Source of the DNA: Thermoplasmatota archaeon
Lineage (GTDB): Archaea; Thermoplasmatota; Penumbrarchaeia; Penumbrarchaeales; Penumbrarchaeaceae
Assembly: GCA_965234725.1 (NCBI GenBank)
Contig: CBDDUX010000045.1
Span: forward strand, 1-45,690
DNA length: 45,690 bases
Direction of reading: 5' to 3'
The notes below the pieces were generated by a model. It had not been told where the DNA came from and ran no database searches. It saw only the letters and a program-made list of their open reading frames with translations. The first letter of the stretch is position 1, and every line of letters begins with the position of its first letter. This document shows positions 1 through 10,766 of the stretch, one piece after another. The position numbers and the translations under genes were made by a program.

Positions 1-196
1 TAAATAAAAGTTAACGACGGGCACATTTTTTATTTAACTGTCAAAGCTAGGTTATTAAGGATTTCTATAGAACCACATCTATTCATCGCGTTCAAAAAAA
101 ATAAATGAAGCGAACCTGCACTGTCATCATAGAAATCAGAAAGGAAGAGATTAACATATTAAAGGTGAGCATCTTACCCGGATTCAAGGTGCTCTA

Positions 197-1402
197 TTGG
201 AGATGAACAGGGATTTTGCCAAAGACATATTCACCGTCCTTACAGGGGTCCTTCAAGATGGAAGACATGCTTCTTCTGTAATATCCGAGATCCTATCAGA
301 CAGGGCCAGATGGTCCGATAGGAAGAGGGCCCTTTTTTCAAACAGTTGTTATGATCTCATAAGGAACTGGAGACTCCTGTGGAATGGCCTCGGAAAGGAC
401 CCTTCCTACGATGAGAGGGACCTGTGGCATCTAATTGGTGCATATCAGATCCTTTTAGAAGGAGATGTGGAGAACCGAGCCGAATACAGAGGAATGGGTC
501 CTGACAGGGTGAAGGCTCGATTGAAAAATGCTGAGAATTACAGGGCTGTAAGGGAATCGATCCCAGAAGAACTGGACCGTATCGGAGAAATGGAACTGGG
601 TGAAGAGTGGGATGATGTCATACATTCCCTGAACAGCTACTCATCACTCTCTCTCAGGGCAAATACACTGAAAACCGACAGGTCAGGATTAAGGAGCATT
701 CTGAAGGAAGAAGGCTATGATTCAGGAACTGTTGAATGGGGCCCTGATGCTCTGGTCCTGAGGAAGAAAGGTAACATATTCAAACTTGAAAGCTTCAGAA
801 AGGGATTATTCGAGGTTCAGGACCCTTCATCGCAGGCTGTTGCTCCTTTTCTACAAGCGGAACCCGGAATGAGAGTGGTCGATGCTTGTGCCGGACAGGG
901 AGGAAAGACCCTTCACCTATCAGCCCTGATGCAGAACAAGGGCCAGATCATTGCCATGGACGATGTTGAATGGAAGCTGCAGGAGTTGATCAAGAGAGCT
1001 TCCAGGTCCGGGGCGAGCAACATCAGGACCGTGGTGGTTTCCGGGTCGAAGTCATATAAAAGGATGAGAGGAACGGCTGACAGGGTGCTTCTTGATGTCC
1101 CATGTACCGGTCTCGGATCGTTGAGAAAGAATCCCGATATCAAGTGGACATTTTCCCTTGAGACACTGAACAGATTGAAGGATCTTCAAAGAGAGATTTT
1201 AGAGAAATATTCACCTCTGGCCAAGGTGGGGGGGAAGATGGTCTACGCCACCTGTTCGATACTCCCATCCGAAGGGGAGGAACAGATCGAATGGTTCTTG
1301 AAAGATCATGAGAACTGGTCGCTGGAAGAGGAGAAAAGACTTCGACCGGATAGGGACTCGTTTGACGGATTCTATATGGCGAGACTGGTCAGGAACCTTT
1401 GA
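197..1402 (+). CDS. RsmB/NOP (Sun/RsmF) family SAM-dependent RNA m5C methyltransferase
   Basis: Motifs FEVQDPSSQ, VVDACAGQGGKT, DRVLLDVPCTGLG (motif IV PC) and VYATCS (motif VI TC). TTG start at 197, alternative ATG at 203. Confidence 0.92.
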   Translation: MEMNRDFAKDIFTVLTGVLQDGRHASSVISEILSDRARWSDRKRALFSNSCYDLIRNWRLLWNGLGKDPSYDERDLWHLIGAYQILLEGDVENRAEYRGMGPDRVKARLKNAENYRAVRESIPEELDRIGEMELGEEWDDVIHSLNSYSSLSLRANTLKTDRSGLRSILKEEGYDSGTVEWGPDALVLRKKGNIFKLESFRKGLFEVQDPSSQAVAPFLQAEPGMRVVDACAGQGGKTLHLSALMQNKGQIIAMDDVEWKLQELIKRASRSGASNIRTVVVSGSKSYKRMRGTADRVLLDVPCTGLGSLRKNPDIKWTFSLETLNRLKDLQREILEKYSPLAKVGGKMVYATCSILPSEGEEQIEWFLKDHENWSLEEEKRLRPDRDSFDGFYMARLVRNL

Positions 1403-2429
1403 CCTTCCTGAAAAGATACAAGGCAACGATCAGGACAAATAAGGTTCCTATTATGATCCCGGCATATATCATTATTCGATCTATCGGGTTGCTATCGGGG
1501 AGAGAATACTGTTCAAGGGGATCATCCGGAAGGATGGTTGAGTTGTCATCGATATCATCATCCCCATCGTTTGGAAGAGGATCGGGAATCTCATCCACAT
1601 ATCCTTCGATGATCTCGATGAAGCAGGAGGATTCTTCCCAAGTGTAGTTCTTTCCCAGGGTCTCGGCTTGTAAAGAATGAACCTGAACCTCGATCAGATA
1701 TTTACCGGGAGGGGTGAAAGTGTTTGTGACAACAGCAATAAGATATGGTTTCGATTGCTTTTCAGGGACCGAGATGTCCGAGACCTTTTCGGATGGAAAG
1801 ATCCCCGACCCCTCTAGATCCTCCTTGTTGGTTATATCTAAAGATATCCTGTCAGCAGAGTTGCCCTTGTTCAATATGTCGAATATTACCTCGGAAACAC
1901 TGTCCGTTCCCGTTTTAATGATGACCTCCCGGGGTGAAACCGTATAACTGTAATACTGCTCTATCTCGATTATTGCTGTCACAGGGTCAACGGTTCCTCC
2001 CAGAGTACCTGGGCTGTACCTCCATTTTCCGGATATAGAGAGCTGACCCTGGGTCTTTTGTGACGTCTCCACGGGAACCTGAACCGACAAGGAGAACCTC
2101 TCCTCGGTGTGGGTATTGTCAAACGTCATCGATGGTGGTGTCGAAACTGCCCAGCCCCCAGCATCTGCCATGAGGGTTACTATCAAGTATTGTCCAGGAG
2201 GTAGGAGAGGAACTTCCGCCTTTACTACACCATCAAAAACCACAATTCCCGTGGAACCGGGAGAGACCTCGACTCCTTTCTTATTAGCATCTAGTTCAAT
2301 GGTTACCGTTGGATTGCCTACCGCTTCCACATCCGTCGGAACATAAGCAATGACAATGGAAGCTGAGAAGAGAATAGCAATGATAGCAAATCTCAAACAT
2401 CCATACTTTCTTCCCATTGAAACATCCAT
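1389..2429 (-). CDS. Membrane-anchored surface protein, probable choice-of-anchor T family (paralog 1 of 3)
   Basis: Signal peptide; beta-rich domain (VSPGSTGIVVFDGVV, FSLSVQVP, GKWRYSPG); second Ig-like domain (NKGNSADRI); Asp-rich stalk; C-terminal TM helix with basic tail. Family name is from recollection. Confidence 0.75.
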   Translation of the reverse strand: MDVSMGRKYGCLRFAIIAILFSASIVIAYVPTDVEAVGNPTVTIELDANKKGVEVSPGSTGIVVFDGVVKAEVPLLPPGQYLIVTLMADAGGWAVSTPPSMTFDNTHTEERFSLSVQVPVETSQKTQGQLSISGKWRYSPGTLGGTVDPVTAIIEIEQYYSYTVSPREVIIKTGTDSVSEVIFDILNKGNSADRISLDITNKEDLEGSGIFPSEKVSDISVPEKQSKPYLIAVVTNTFTPPGKYLIEVQVHSLQAETLGKNYTWEESSCFIEIIEGYVDEIPDPLPNDGDDDIDDNSTILPDDPLEQYSLPDSNPIDRIMIYAGIIIGTLFVLIVALYLFRKVKGS

Positions 2430-2474
2430 AGGTCTTTAAACTGATAGATTTTTCCGAGATATGGACCAAATTAG

Positions 2475-3641
2475 TCAGTTCCCGGTCTTCTTACCTTTTC
2501 TTACGATGATGTAGGCTCCTGCCAGGACAAAGAGAAGGATCATAATTCCAACTACTATCAGGATAGGTAAGGGTCCGACACCTCCGGATCCGTCGCTTGA
2601 TGATGATGTCACATTTCCTTTTGTATCTTCTACTTCGGGAGAGTCATCGGCTGCATCATCATCGGATGGTTCATCGCTGTTATCATCGGCTGCAGGCTCC
2701 TCGTTACCGGAGTCGTCATCATCCGGAACCGGTTCATCATCATCTGCTGGCTCTTCATCATCATTCGGCTCCGGTTCGGGTTCCGGTTGTGGTTTAGGTT
2801 CCGGTTCGGGGAGTTCTCCTTCATAAACCACTTCTAAATACCCAGTAGTGACCTCGACCGTGGCATTTTTCCCTTCCTCTTCCATCCAGACAGAATGAAC
2901 TGCAACCTCGATTTTATAGGTCCCTATCAGGACGCCAGATTCTATGATTACCGTCACCGGATAATAGGCACCCCAACTCTCTGGTAAGTCAAGATCGCTG
3001 AACTTGGCATGTGCAATGACCCCATAATCCTCCAATTCTAGGCTATTGGTAACCTCCAATGCGATCCTGTCAGGTCCGTTTCCTTCATTTTCCACGATAA
3101 AGGTCATCTCACCCGAGCTATCCTCTTCGATATAATATTTAGAATAACGAGGGGCTACTTCGTATGAATAGTACTGTTCGATTTTAATTATGGCGGTACA
3201 TGGATCGATCGTGCCTCCGAGAGTTCCAGGAGAATACCTCCATCTACCGGAAACCGAAAGCATTCCCTGGGAATTGACCGAGGATCCCATGGGGACCTGA
3301 ACAGAGATCGAAAAATTCTGAATAGAAACTTCGTTACTGAATATCAAAGCGGGTGGAACCGATACCGGCCAATAACCTGCATCAGCTTCCAGGGTGATTA
3401 TCAAATTCTGTCCGTTTGGGAGATATGGCGCGATCGCCTCCACCTCTCCCGTGAATGTGACAATTCCGCTTGAACCAGGACTCACGTCTACTGTCTGTTC
3501 GGTCTGATGGAGTGTAATTCTGACCGCTGGAGCACCAATTCCATCTACTAACTCTGGAATGAAGATCAATGATGATTGAGCCATAATGAGACCTAAGATA
3601 AGAAGAAGGAATTTCCATCCTTTCATCCATTCCACCTCCAA
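2475..3641 (-). CDS. Membrane-anchored surface protein, probable choice-of-anchor T family (paralog 2 of 3)
   Basis: Same architecture (VSPGSSGIVTFTGEV, FSISVQVP, GRWRYSPGTLGGTIDP, NEGNGPDRI), PE repeats, acidic stalk, C-terminal TM. The true start may be ATG at 3626 after GGAGGTGG. Confidence 0.75.
   Translation of the reverse strand: MEVEWMKGWKFLLLILGLIMAQSSLIFIPELVDGIGAPAVRITLHQTEQTVDVSPGSSGIVTFTGEVEAIAPYLPNGQNLIITLEADAGYWPVSVPPALIFSNEVSIQNFSISVQVPMGSSVNSQGMLSVSGRWRYSPGTLGGTIDPCTAIIKIEQYYSYEVAPRYSKYYIEEDSSGEMTFIVENEGNGPDRIALEVTNSLELEDYGVIAHAKFSDLDLPESWGAYYPVTVIIESGVLIGTYKIEVAVHSVWMEEEGKNATVEVTTGYLEVVYEGELPEPEPKPQPEPEPEPNDDEEPADDDEPVPDDDDSGNEEPAADDNSDEPSDDDAADDSPEVEDTKGNVTSSSSDGSGGVGPLPILIVVGIMILLFVLAGAYIIVRKGKKTGN
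2767..2812 (-). repeat. Pro-Glu low-complexity coding repeat (PEPEPKPQPEPEPEP)
   Basis: Imperfect 6-nt periodic ggttcc/ggttcg units within paralog 2. Confidence 0.7.
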
Positions 3642-3690
3642 CCACCATATCTTTACTGGCTAATCACAGTTTCGAAGGATTCATGTTGTT

Positions 3691-4785
3691 TCATCCTTTC
3701 TTTCCCGAGGATCTTGCAATGAAGTAGACAATTCCGATGATTATCACAGCGGCAACAATCACTGCAAAGATGATCATCGGATCTATGCCTTCGCTGTTCT
3801 GTGGTTGATCCGTGGAACCGGTGGTCTCACCCGGTGTATCGTCATCATCCAAAGGGATGTCATCGCTGGATGTGTCGTCATCCGATATGAAATCGTCATC
3901 AGGCACATCAGGTTGTTCAGGTTCCTCCGGCTCTTCAGGTTCTTCCGGTTCTTCCGGGTCCTCAGGTGGGAGAGCTTTTTTCACAACTTCAAAGGTCCCT
4001 ACTGATTGTTCGTATTCGAAATCCTTGCCATTATTCTCAGCGGTCCTTGAATGGATCTCCACCTCGATCTCGTACTCTCCAAGGGAAACATCATCGTCCG
4101 CAAATATGTTGATCGGGAAAACGGACTCCGATCCTTCCTGGACCCTGATATAATCATCATTCACTGTGATCATCAGATCATCGTTCTCAAGTTCAAGGAG
4201 GTTAGTGATGGTCACAGTGATATCATCAGGACCATTTCCCAGATTTTCTATCACGAATCCAAATGTCGCCTGATCCATCCTTTCCACTTGAACCATCTCT
4301 TCCTCTGGAGTTACCTCGTAATCATGATACTGGTTCACCTGAATATATGTGTTGGTCGGATTGATGTTTCCACTTACTACACCGGGATCGTACCTCCAGA
4401 TGCCGCTAACTACCAATTCGGCAAGTCCCAGAGATGACGTTCCGGGAGGAACTTCAATTGAAATGGCAAAATCCTGTTGCCTCATCCCGGCGGTAAACCG
4501 CATCTCGGGTATTTGCGACACTTCCCAACCCTGGGCTTCTCCACTCAGGTTTATTATCAGGTCCTGAATCTCAGAATCCCAGGGCTCCGAAACAGATACC
4601 GTTCCGGTAAAAGTAACCCAACCTGATTCGCTGGCTGTGACATAGGCAGTCTGTATTGACTGTGCCATCTGAAGGGTAATTGCAGGGACGCCGGCCCCTG
4701 AAACCTCCTGGATATCGATCACTGAAATCGAGACGATTATCAGCAATGCTGGAATCACCCAGGAGAGGAAACCCTTCAATATCAT
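3691..4785 (-). CDS. Membrane-anchored surface protein, probable choice-of-anchor T family (paralog 3 of 3)
   Basis: Same architecture (GWVTFTGTV, FAISIEVP, GIWRYDPG, NLGNGPDDI), (PEE)n stalk, C-terminal TM and basic tail. Confidence 0.75.
   Translation of the reverse strand: MILKGFLSWVIPALLIIVSISVIDIQEVSGAGVPAITLQMAQSIQTAYVTASESGWVTFTGTVSVSEPWDSEIQDLIINLSGEAQGWEVSQIPEMRFTAGMRQQDFAISIEVPPGTSSLGLAELVVSGIWRYDPGVVSGNINPTNTYIQVNQYHDYEVTPEEEMVQVERMDQATFGFVIENLGNGPDDITVTITNLLELENDDLMITVNDDYIRVQEGSESVFPINIFADDDVSLGEYEIEVEIHSRTAENNGKDFEYEQSVGTFEVVKKALPPEDPEEPEEPEEPEEPEQPDVPDDDFISDDDTSSDDIPLDDDDTPGETTGSTDQPQNSEGIDPMIIFAVIVAAVIIIGIVYFIARSSGKKG
3911..3967 (-). repeat. (PEE)n coding repeat with 9-nt period
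   Basis: PEDPEEPEEPEEPEEPEQP in paralog 3. Confidence 0.7.
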
Positions 4786-4878
4786 CCATACACCTCTATA
4801 CTGGATTAAACTCGGATGTAATCATACTTTCGGGAAAAAAGCAAAAGGATATAGCATAAGTTCCCGGTCCACGTCAAT

Positions 4879-7800
4879 ATGGGTTCGAAGGAAGGATCCT
4901 GGCAGTTCCTAATAGACAGAGGTGGAACCTTCACCGATGTCATCGGCATATCACCATCCGGTGAGTTGGTGGTGAAAAAGGTCCTTTCTGAGGACCCGTT
5001 AAAGTACAAGGACGCGGGGATACGGGGTATCAGGGATATCCTTGGCATCCCCGATAATGATCCGATCCCGGGGGGAATCATTTCTTCCATAAGGATGGGG
5101 ACAACGGTTGGGACCAACGCTCTTCTGGAGAGGAAGGGGGAAAGAACAGCTCTGATAACCACAAGAGGATTCAGAGATATCCTCAGGATCGGTTACCAGA
5201 ACAGACCAGACCTTTTCTCTTTGAAGATAGAGCTTCCTCAACTCCTTTACGACCATGTTGAGGAGATAGAGGAGAGGATACTGGCAGACGGAACAGTGGA
5301 AAAGAACCTGGATCAAGGGGAATTGGATGGGATCCTGGACAGATTGGGATCCATGGATTTCAATTCGATCGCGGTCGTGCTAATGAATTCCTACAAGAAC
5401 CCCTTGCATGAAAGGATAGTAAAGAAAAGTGCCATGTCCAGAGGGTTCGATCAGGTTTCGATATCCCATGAGGTCAGCCCTCTGATAAAGATAGTTGGCA
5501 GGGGGGACACTACTGTCGTTGATGCATACCTCTCACCAATACTTCTCCAATACATAGGAAAGCTGAAGGAGGAACTAGGACCTCAAAATGAAGATATCGA
5601 CCTGCTGTTCATGCAGAGTTCGGGAGGGCTTATTAACCATTCTCTTTTCAAAGGAAGGGACTGCATACTTTCAGGACCTGCAGGAGGGATAATAGGAGCT
5701 GTCAGGACCTCGGCACTGGCAGGTTTCAGGAACCTGATTACATTCGACATGGGGGGAACTTCCACAGACGTGGCCCATTACGGAGGTGAGCTCGAACGTT
5801 CACTTGAGAACGAAGTGGCCGGGGTCCGAATGAGAGCTCCTATGTTGAGGATCCACACAATAGCCTCAGGAGGCGGTTCAATATTAAGGTTCGAGGACGG
5901 AAGGTTCCAGGTAGGTCCCGGATCGGCCGGTGCTGACCCGGGTCCTGCTTCATATCGTAAAGGAGGACCTCTGACCATTACTGATGCCAACCTGATGCTG
6001 GGAAGGATCCAACCCCGTTATTTCCCCAAAGTATTCGGTGACAGATCCGACCAGACCCTTGATAAGGAAAAGGTCTCTGAGATGTTCTCCGAACTATCAG
6101 GAAATATATTGGATGAAACGGGGAACAAGATGGTACCGGAAGAGGTGGCCGAGGGATTCCTGAATGTGGCCGTGATGAACATGGCCCAGGCCATCAAGAC
6201 GATCTCCACCATGAGAGGATACGATGTCACCGATCACATCCTATGCTGTTTCGGGGGTGCTGGAGGTCAGCATGCCTGCCAGGTTGCTGACGTTCTGGGA
6301 ATTGAAAAGGTCCTTTTGAATCCATTGGCAGGGGTCCTATCAGCATACGGCATGGGTCTTGCCGAGATGCGGTCCATGAGTGAAAGGACCGTTGAGCGCA
6401 TCTTGGAAGAGATCCCGATAACTGAATTGGAACTCCTGGAAAAAGAAGTGACGGAGGAGGTCCTGAATATCCTTGAAGAGCAAAAGGTGGATAGACCTTC
6501 CATCAGCTTCACGACCATCTATCACCTGAAATATAAAGGGACAGACACCTCCATTCCGGTATCGGTTCCCCACAGTTCACAGGGAAAGGAAGAGTTCGAG
6601 GATCTCCACAGGGAACGATTCGGATTCATAATGGAAGGCAGAGAGGTGGTATTGGAGACACTGCAGGTCGAAGGGAAAGGAGGGGCTGTTCAAAGTTCAA
6701 TAAGGGAGATGCCCTGTTATGAACATGTACCTGATCCTGCGGAACATGTCATGGTCCACCTCGAAGGAAAATGGAGATCGGTCCCGGTATTCATCCGTGA
6801 GGATCTCCGATCCGGAGCATCCATCCAGGGACCGGCCCTTATAACCGAGGGGACAGGAACCGATCTGGTAGCTGTTGGGTGGATGGCCGAGATAACAGGA
6901 CAGGGCGACCTTGTCATGAACAGAATGGTCCCTCGGGACCGGAAAAGGGCCCCTGGAACAAACGTGGACCCTGTAAGATTGGAGATCTTCAACAGGCTTT
7001 TCATGTCCATTGCCGAGCAGATGGGGTATTCACTCAGGAATACCTCCTTCTCTGTCAATATCAAGGAACGGTTGGATTTCTCCTGTGCGGTGTTCGACGG
7101 GACTGGAGGACTCGTTGCGAACGCTCCACATATCCCGGTTCACCTCGGGTCCATGTCGGATTCGGTGAGGTGGTGGTTGAAGAATGACAAAGAGGGGTTA
7201 CGTCCCGGAGATGTTTACCTCGTCAATTCCCCATATCACGGGGGGACCCATCTTCCCGATATCACAGTGATAACACCAGTTTTCCTGGAAGGGTGGAACG
7301 GACCGATTTTCTTCCTGGCATCCAGGGGCCATCATTCCGACATTGGAGGAAAGACACCGGGATCCATGCCGCCTGATTCCAGGACCATCGATGAAGAGGG
7401 AGTCCTTTCACAAGGATTCAAGATCATGGAAAATGGAAGGTTCCTGGAAAGTAGGGTCCTGGATTGGTTGAGGGGAGGTCGATATCCGGCAAGGGACCCG
7501 AACCAGAATATATCCGATATAAAGGCCCAGATGGCAGCCAACGAGCGTGGGATCAAAGAGATCATATCTATGGTGGAAAGATATTCTCCAGAGGTCGTCA
7601 TCTCGTATATGGGCCATGTCCAGGATAATGCGGAAGCCTCTGTAAGATCAGCACTGGAATATCTGAAGGATGGAAATGTCATTCTTGAGATGGACAAGGG
7701 TGAAAAGATCTCTGTCAGGGTGAGGATTGACCATGAAAAAGCCGAGGCTGTGATCGATTTCACAGGTACATCAGAACAGCTCCGGTCCAATCTTAACGCA

Positions 7801-8502
7801 CCGGTCTCCGTCTGCAAGGCAGCGGTCCTTTATGTCTTCAGGTCCTTGGTGAACAATGACATCCCCCTCAATGAGGGTTGTCTTTTTCCTATCTCGATCA
7901 TCATCCCGAAGGGATCCATGTTGGACCCTTCTCCTCCCGCTGCCGTGGCTGCGGGAAATGTGGAGACGTCAATGTTCATCGCAGATGCTCTTCTTCATGC
8001 CCTTGGAGCCCTTGCAGGGTCCCAGGGGACGATGAACAACCTTACGTTCGGAAATGACAAATTCCAGTATTACGAGACCATATGCGGAGGTTCCGGTGCG
8101 GGTAAAGGATTTGATGGTACCGATGCTGTCCATTCCCATATGACGAACACAAGGATCACGGATCCGGAGATACTTGAATTAAGGTACCCTGTCGTTTTGG
8201 AAGAGTTCTCCATCAGAAAGGGATCGGGTGGGTCCGGTTCATTTAAAGGAGGCGATGGGGCCATAAGAAGGATCAGATTCCGAGAAAGTGTCACACTATC
8301 GATAATATCGGAACATAGAAAGGTTCAACCTAGGGGTTTGAATGGTGGTGGTGATGGCAAACTTGGGAAGAACAAAGTGATAAAAAGCGATGGATCCGTT
8401 GAGAAACTGGAGGGTTGTGCAACAGTTGAACTTGACAATGGCGACTCCATCTTGATAGAAACTCCTGGTGGAGGCGGTTACGGGGATCATGATCTTGAGT
8501 GA
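4879..8502 (+). CDS. oplA: ATP-dependent 5-oxoprolinase (fused hydantoinase A/B-oxoprolinase)
   Basis: [89 protein letters not shown]. Confidence 0.93.
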   Translation: MGSKEGSWQFLIDRGGTFTDVIGISPSGELVVKKVLSEDPLKYKDAGIRGIRDILGIPDNDPIPGGIISSIRMGTTVGTNALLERKGERTALITTRGFRDILRIGYQNRPDLFSLKIELPQLLYDHVEEIEERILADGTVEKNLDQGELDGILDRLGSMDFNSIAVVLMNSYKNPLHERIVKKSAMSRGFDQVSISHEVSPLIKIVGRGDTTVVDAYLSPILLQYIGKLKEELGPQNEDIDLLFMQSSGGLINHSLFKGRDCILSGPAGGIIGAVRTSALAGFRNLITFDMGGTSTDVAHYGGELERSLENEVAGVRMRAPMLRIHTIASGGGSILRFEDGRFQVGPGSAGADPGPASYRKGGPLTITDANLMLGRIQPRYFPKVFGDRSDQTLDKEKVSEMFSELSGNILDETGNKMVPEEVAEGFLNVAVMNMAQAIKTISTMRGYDVTDHILCCFGGAGGQHACQVADVLGIEKVLLNPLAGVLSAYGMGLAEMRSMSERTVERILEEIPITELELLEKEVTEEVLNILEEQKVDRPSISFTTIYHLKYKGTDTSIPVSVPHSSQGKEEFEDLHRERFGFIMEGREVVLETLQVEGKGGAVQSSIREMPCYEHVPDPAEHVMVHLEGKWRSVPVFIREDLRSGASIQGPALITEGTGTDLVAVGWMAEITGQGDLVMNRMVPRDRKRAPGTNVDPVRLEIFNRLFMSIAEQMGYSLRNTSFSVNIKERLDFSCAVFDGTGGLVANAPHIPVHLGSMSDSVRWWLKNDKEGLRPGDVYLVNSPYHGGTHLPDITVITPVFLEGWNGPIFFLASRGHHSDIGGKTPGSMPPDSRTIDEEGVLSQGFKIMENGRFLESRVLDWLRGGRYPARDPNQNISDIKAQMAANERGIKEIISMVERYSPEVVISYMGHVQDNAEASVRSALEYLKDGNVILEMDKGEKISVRVRIDHEKAEAVIDFTGTSEQLRSNLNAPVSVCKAAVLYVFRSLVNNDIPLNEGCLFPISIIIPKGSMLDPSPPAAVAAGNVETSMFIADALLHALGALAGSQGTMNNLTFGNDKFQYYETICGGSGAGKGFDGTDAVHSHMTNTRITDPEILELRYPVVLEEFSIRKGSGGSGSFKGGDGAIRRIRFRESVTLSIISEHRKVQPRGLNGGGDGKLGKNKVIKSDGSVEKLEGCATVELDNGDSILIETPGGGGYGDHDLE

Positions 8503-8526
8503 GATCGGAGATTCGCATGTATGATC

Positions 8527-8567
8527 GAAATAATTGAAGTACGCTTCAATGATCGTTGAATTATTTC
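8527..8567. terminator. Inverted-repeat structure between convergent genes, possible bidirectional terminator
   Basis: gaaataatt (8527-8535) pairs with aattatttc (8559-8567); internal hairpin attgaag-tacg-cttcaat (8533-8550). Confidence 0.4.
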
Positions 8568-8596
8568 ATGTGGTCGAGAACTGCAATCCAATTATC

Positions 8597-8884
8597 CTAT
8601 TCCAGTGCTTTGAGCTTGCTCTCAAAAGTTATATCCTTGTCATATCTTATATCGATCTTCAGGCTCAATGAGATCCTGTCAGAACCTTCTCTCCTTATCG
8701 CCTCAATGGCGGTTTTGGAACAGTCGAATATCTTCTGAATGTCATCCGATTGAAGAACCGTTCCCATAGGGGTGATCTGGTATTCAATACCGGAGTCTTT
8801 TATGGATTCCACGGCCTTCTTCACATACTTTGAAAGAGAAGGGCCCTTGTCCATCGGGGAAACTATTAAGAAAGCAATATACAT
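8597..8884 (-). CDS. MTH1187/YkoF family thiamine-binding protein
   Basis: 95 aa; SLSKYVKKAVESIKDSGIEYQITPMGTVL and RISLSLKIDIRYDK match the DUF77 pattern. Confidence 0.88.
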   Translation of the reverse strand: MYIAFLIVSPMDKGPSLSKYVKKAVESIKDSGIEYQITPMGTVLQSDDIQKIFDCSKTAIEAIRREGSDRISLSLKIDIRYDKDITFESKLKALE

Positions 8885-8982
8885 ACTCGGGTCTCGGTAG
8901 GATATTACCGTAGTATAAAAAGGGTTTTATATCACATGGTAGTAAGCCCAACATAGTTGTACATACCCCCGGAGATTGAAGG

Positions 8983-10239
8983 ATGGATAGTAACAGTTTC
9001 AAGGTTTCCGCAGAAGTGCTTCAACGCAATTCAATGAAGGCATCCATACGGGACCTAAACGCCGAATTCCAGATGAAGGGAGGCAATGTGATCTATAAGA
9101 CCTCCAAAAAGGGTGATACCTATATGCTCACCCATCCGGATGAAGCTTACCTTGAAACCTTCAGGATCCGATTGCTCAAGGAACTTGGCCTGATAGAGGA
9201 AAAGGACATACCAAAAGAATCCAAGGAGGAACCCTCTGCTCCACCCCCCAGATATGGCGAGAAACATGGCCTAAGAAGAGGATGGAACGTTAGAAGTCCA
9301 AAGGAGTTCAACGAGGGAAGGTACAATCCGGAGGACCGAAGAAAGCCCGAGGGAAGATACGAACCAGAAGCTCCAAGAAGGGACGAGAGGTTCGACAGAG
9401 GGGGATATGACAGATCAAGAGGGCCCCCAAGGGAAGCACCGGGTGGATATCGTGACAGGGATCACGGAAGACCCTCACGAGGATCGCCTTCCTCCGATAA
9501 GTTCAGACCGGAACCCAGGAAAGAGGAGATGGACCTGGATAGTAGTGATGAACAGGAGGACACCTCCAAATCCTTCGAGGAAAGGTGGGGTGATGTGGAG
9601 GATTACATGGAGATGGTCAGGAAGGCCCTGGAGGATGGAGCTGTTGATGACGGGGAGGTCATCAAGTATGCTTACAATATTGGGGTGGAGGGGGAAAAGA
9701 TCAAGACGCTGAAGAAAATGCTCTGGGACAACAGATGTAGAGGAAACAGGGCGAAATGTCCGCATGGAAAGAAGAAGTTCCGATTCGAGGATCTCATGAA
9801 GGTATGCTCAGGCAAAGTGGAAGGCTATGAGAGGATAGATTCCCCTTTCAAGGAACTCCTTGACCTCTGGGAGAAGAACATAGAGACCATGTATGGGGAG
9901 ATCAGGGGAAAGAAGGTCCATGTAAGAGGCAAGGTTTCAGCATACAAACCCGTGATCAGAAAGAATCACGAACATCTTAAGATCCTTGTTTATGACACGG
10001 TTGTCACTCTCGAAGGCGGTTCCGGGTCCATTGACACAAGGAAGCTGTGGATCAAGGTAGGATTGGATGAGTTCAAGAAACTGACCACTGAAAGGACCAT
10101 CAGGGTTGATGACATCATAGAATTCAACGGAAAATGTGTTTATGATAATTATTTCCATGACCACTGGGTTGTGGATATTGACGGGATCGAGGTCGTTGAA
10201 GGTTCGGATGGCGAACCCCTTGAGATACCAAAAAACTGA
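8983..10239 (+). CDS. Hypothetical protein with an R/G/D/E-rich disordered linker and a probable C-terminal OB fold
   Basis: 418-aa ORF with RBS (ggag). C-terminal pattern KKVHVRGKV...IRVDDIIEFNGKC...WVVDIDGIEVV resembles an OB fold. Confidence 0.7.
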   Translation: MDSNSFKVSAEVLQRNSMKASIRDLNAEFQMKGGNVIYKTSKKGDTYMLTHPDEAYLETFRIRLLKELGLIEEKDIPKESKEEPSAPPPRYGEKHGLRRGWNVRSPKEFNEGRYNPEDRRKPEGRYEPEAPRRDERFDRGGYDRSRGPPREAPGGYRDRDHGRPSRGSPSSDKFRPEPRKEEMDLDSSDEQEDTSKSFEERWGDVEDYMEMVRKALEDGAVDDGEVIKYAYNIGVEGEKIKTLKKMLWDNRCRGNRAKCPHGKKKFRFEDLMKVCSGKVEGYERIDSPFKELLDLWEKNIETMYGEIRGKKVHVRGKVSAYKPVIRKNHEHLKILVYDTVVTLEGGSGSIDTRKLWIKVGLDEFKKLTTERTIRVDDIIEFNGKCVYDNYFHDHWVVDIDGIEVVEGSDGEPLEIPKN

Positions 10240-10251
10240 AGGGACTCTGTT

Positions 10252-10728
10252 TCATCCAGATGAAACAAGAAGGTAGGAGGATCCTTCCTCATCCATAAGC
10301 TCCACCCATAGATTATGGTCTCCATTACCCAGTTCAAGACCCTCCATTGAAGGTCCGGTCATGGCGAAAGGAGGATCCAGTGAGAATTTCTTCGAAATGC
10401 CTGTTGAGAGACTGTATTCGATTATGTACTTATCAGGGCCTTCATCCAGAGGTCCTCCGATCTTAAGAACATCAATGCTGCAGGAGCCAGAACCCTCTAT
10501 GCTCAAACTGGATTTCATCCTGCTTCCATCGTCACCGGAAAGGACCAATTCCATAACCTCCATAAGGTCCTGGATCGATCTCTCCATTCTTTGGGTGGCA
10601 AGGTTCTCGGAAATGTCGCCATAGGCAGAATAGAAGATTGGTGCAGCAAAGGCGATAACACATGCTCCGATCACCAGTTGCATGGGAATATCCGTTATGC
10701 CGCTGGCTCCCGCACACGATCCTCGCAT
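10252..10728 (-). CDS. Archaeal type IV pilin-like (class III signal peptide-like) protein
   Basis: Short leader MRGSCAG, hydrophobic helix ITDIPMQLVIGACVIAFAAPIF, amphipathic helix, GDDGSR turn and beta-rich C-terminus. ATG at 10728 preferred over GTG at 10770. Confidence 0.5.
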   Translation of the reverse strand: MRGSCAGASGITDIPMQLVIGACVIAFAAPIFYSAYGDISENLATQRMERSIQDLMEVMELVLSGDDGSRMKSSLSIEGSGSCSIDVLKIGGPLDEGPDKYIIEYSLSTGISKKFSLDPPFAMTGPSMEGLELGNGDHNLWVELMDEEGSSYLLVSSG

Positions 10729-10766
10729 ATCGATATACCCTGTGTATATCATTAAAAAATTTCTTG

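Noticed and set aside
2690-3967. Short periodic repeats as a CRISPR array or non-coding VNTR
   Set aside because: They are imperfect codon-level repeats encoding Pro/Glu/Asp stalks, with no repeat-spacer structure and no cas genes.
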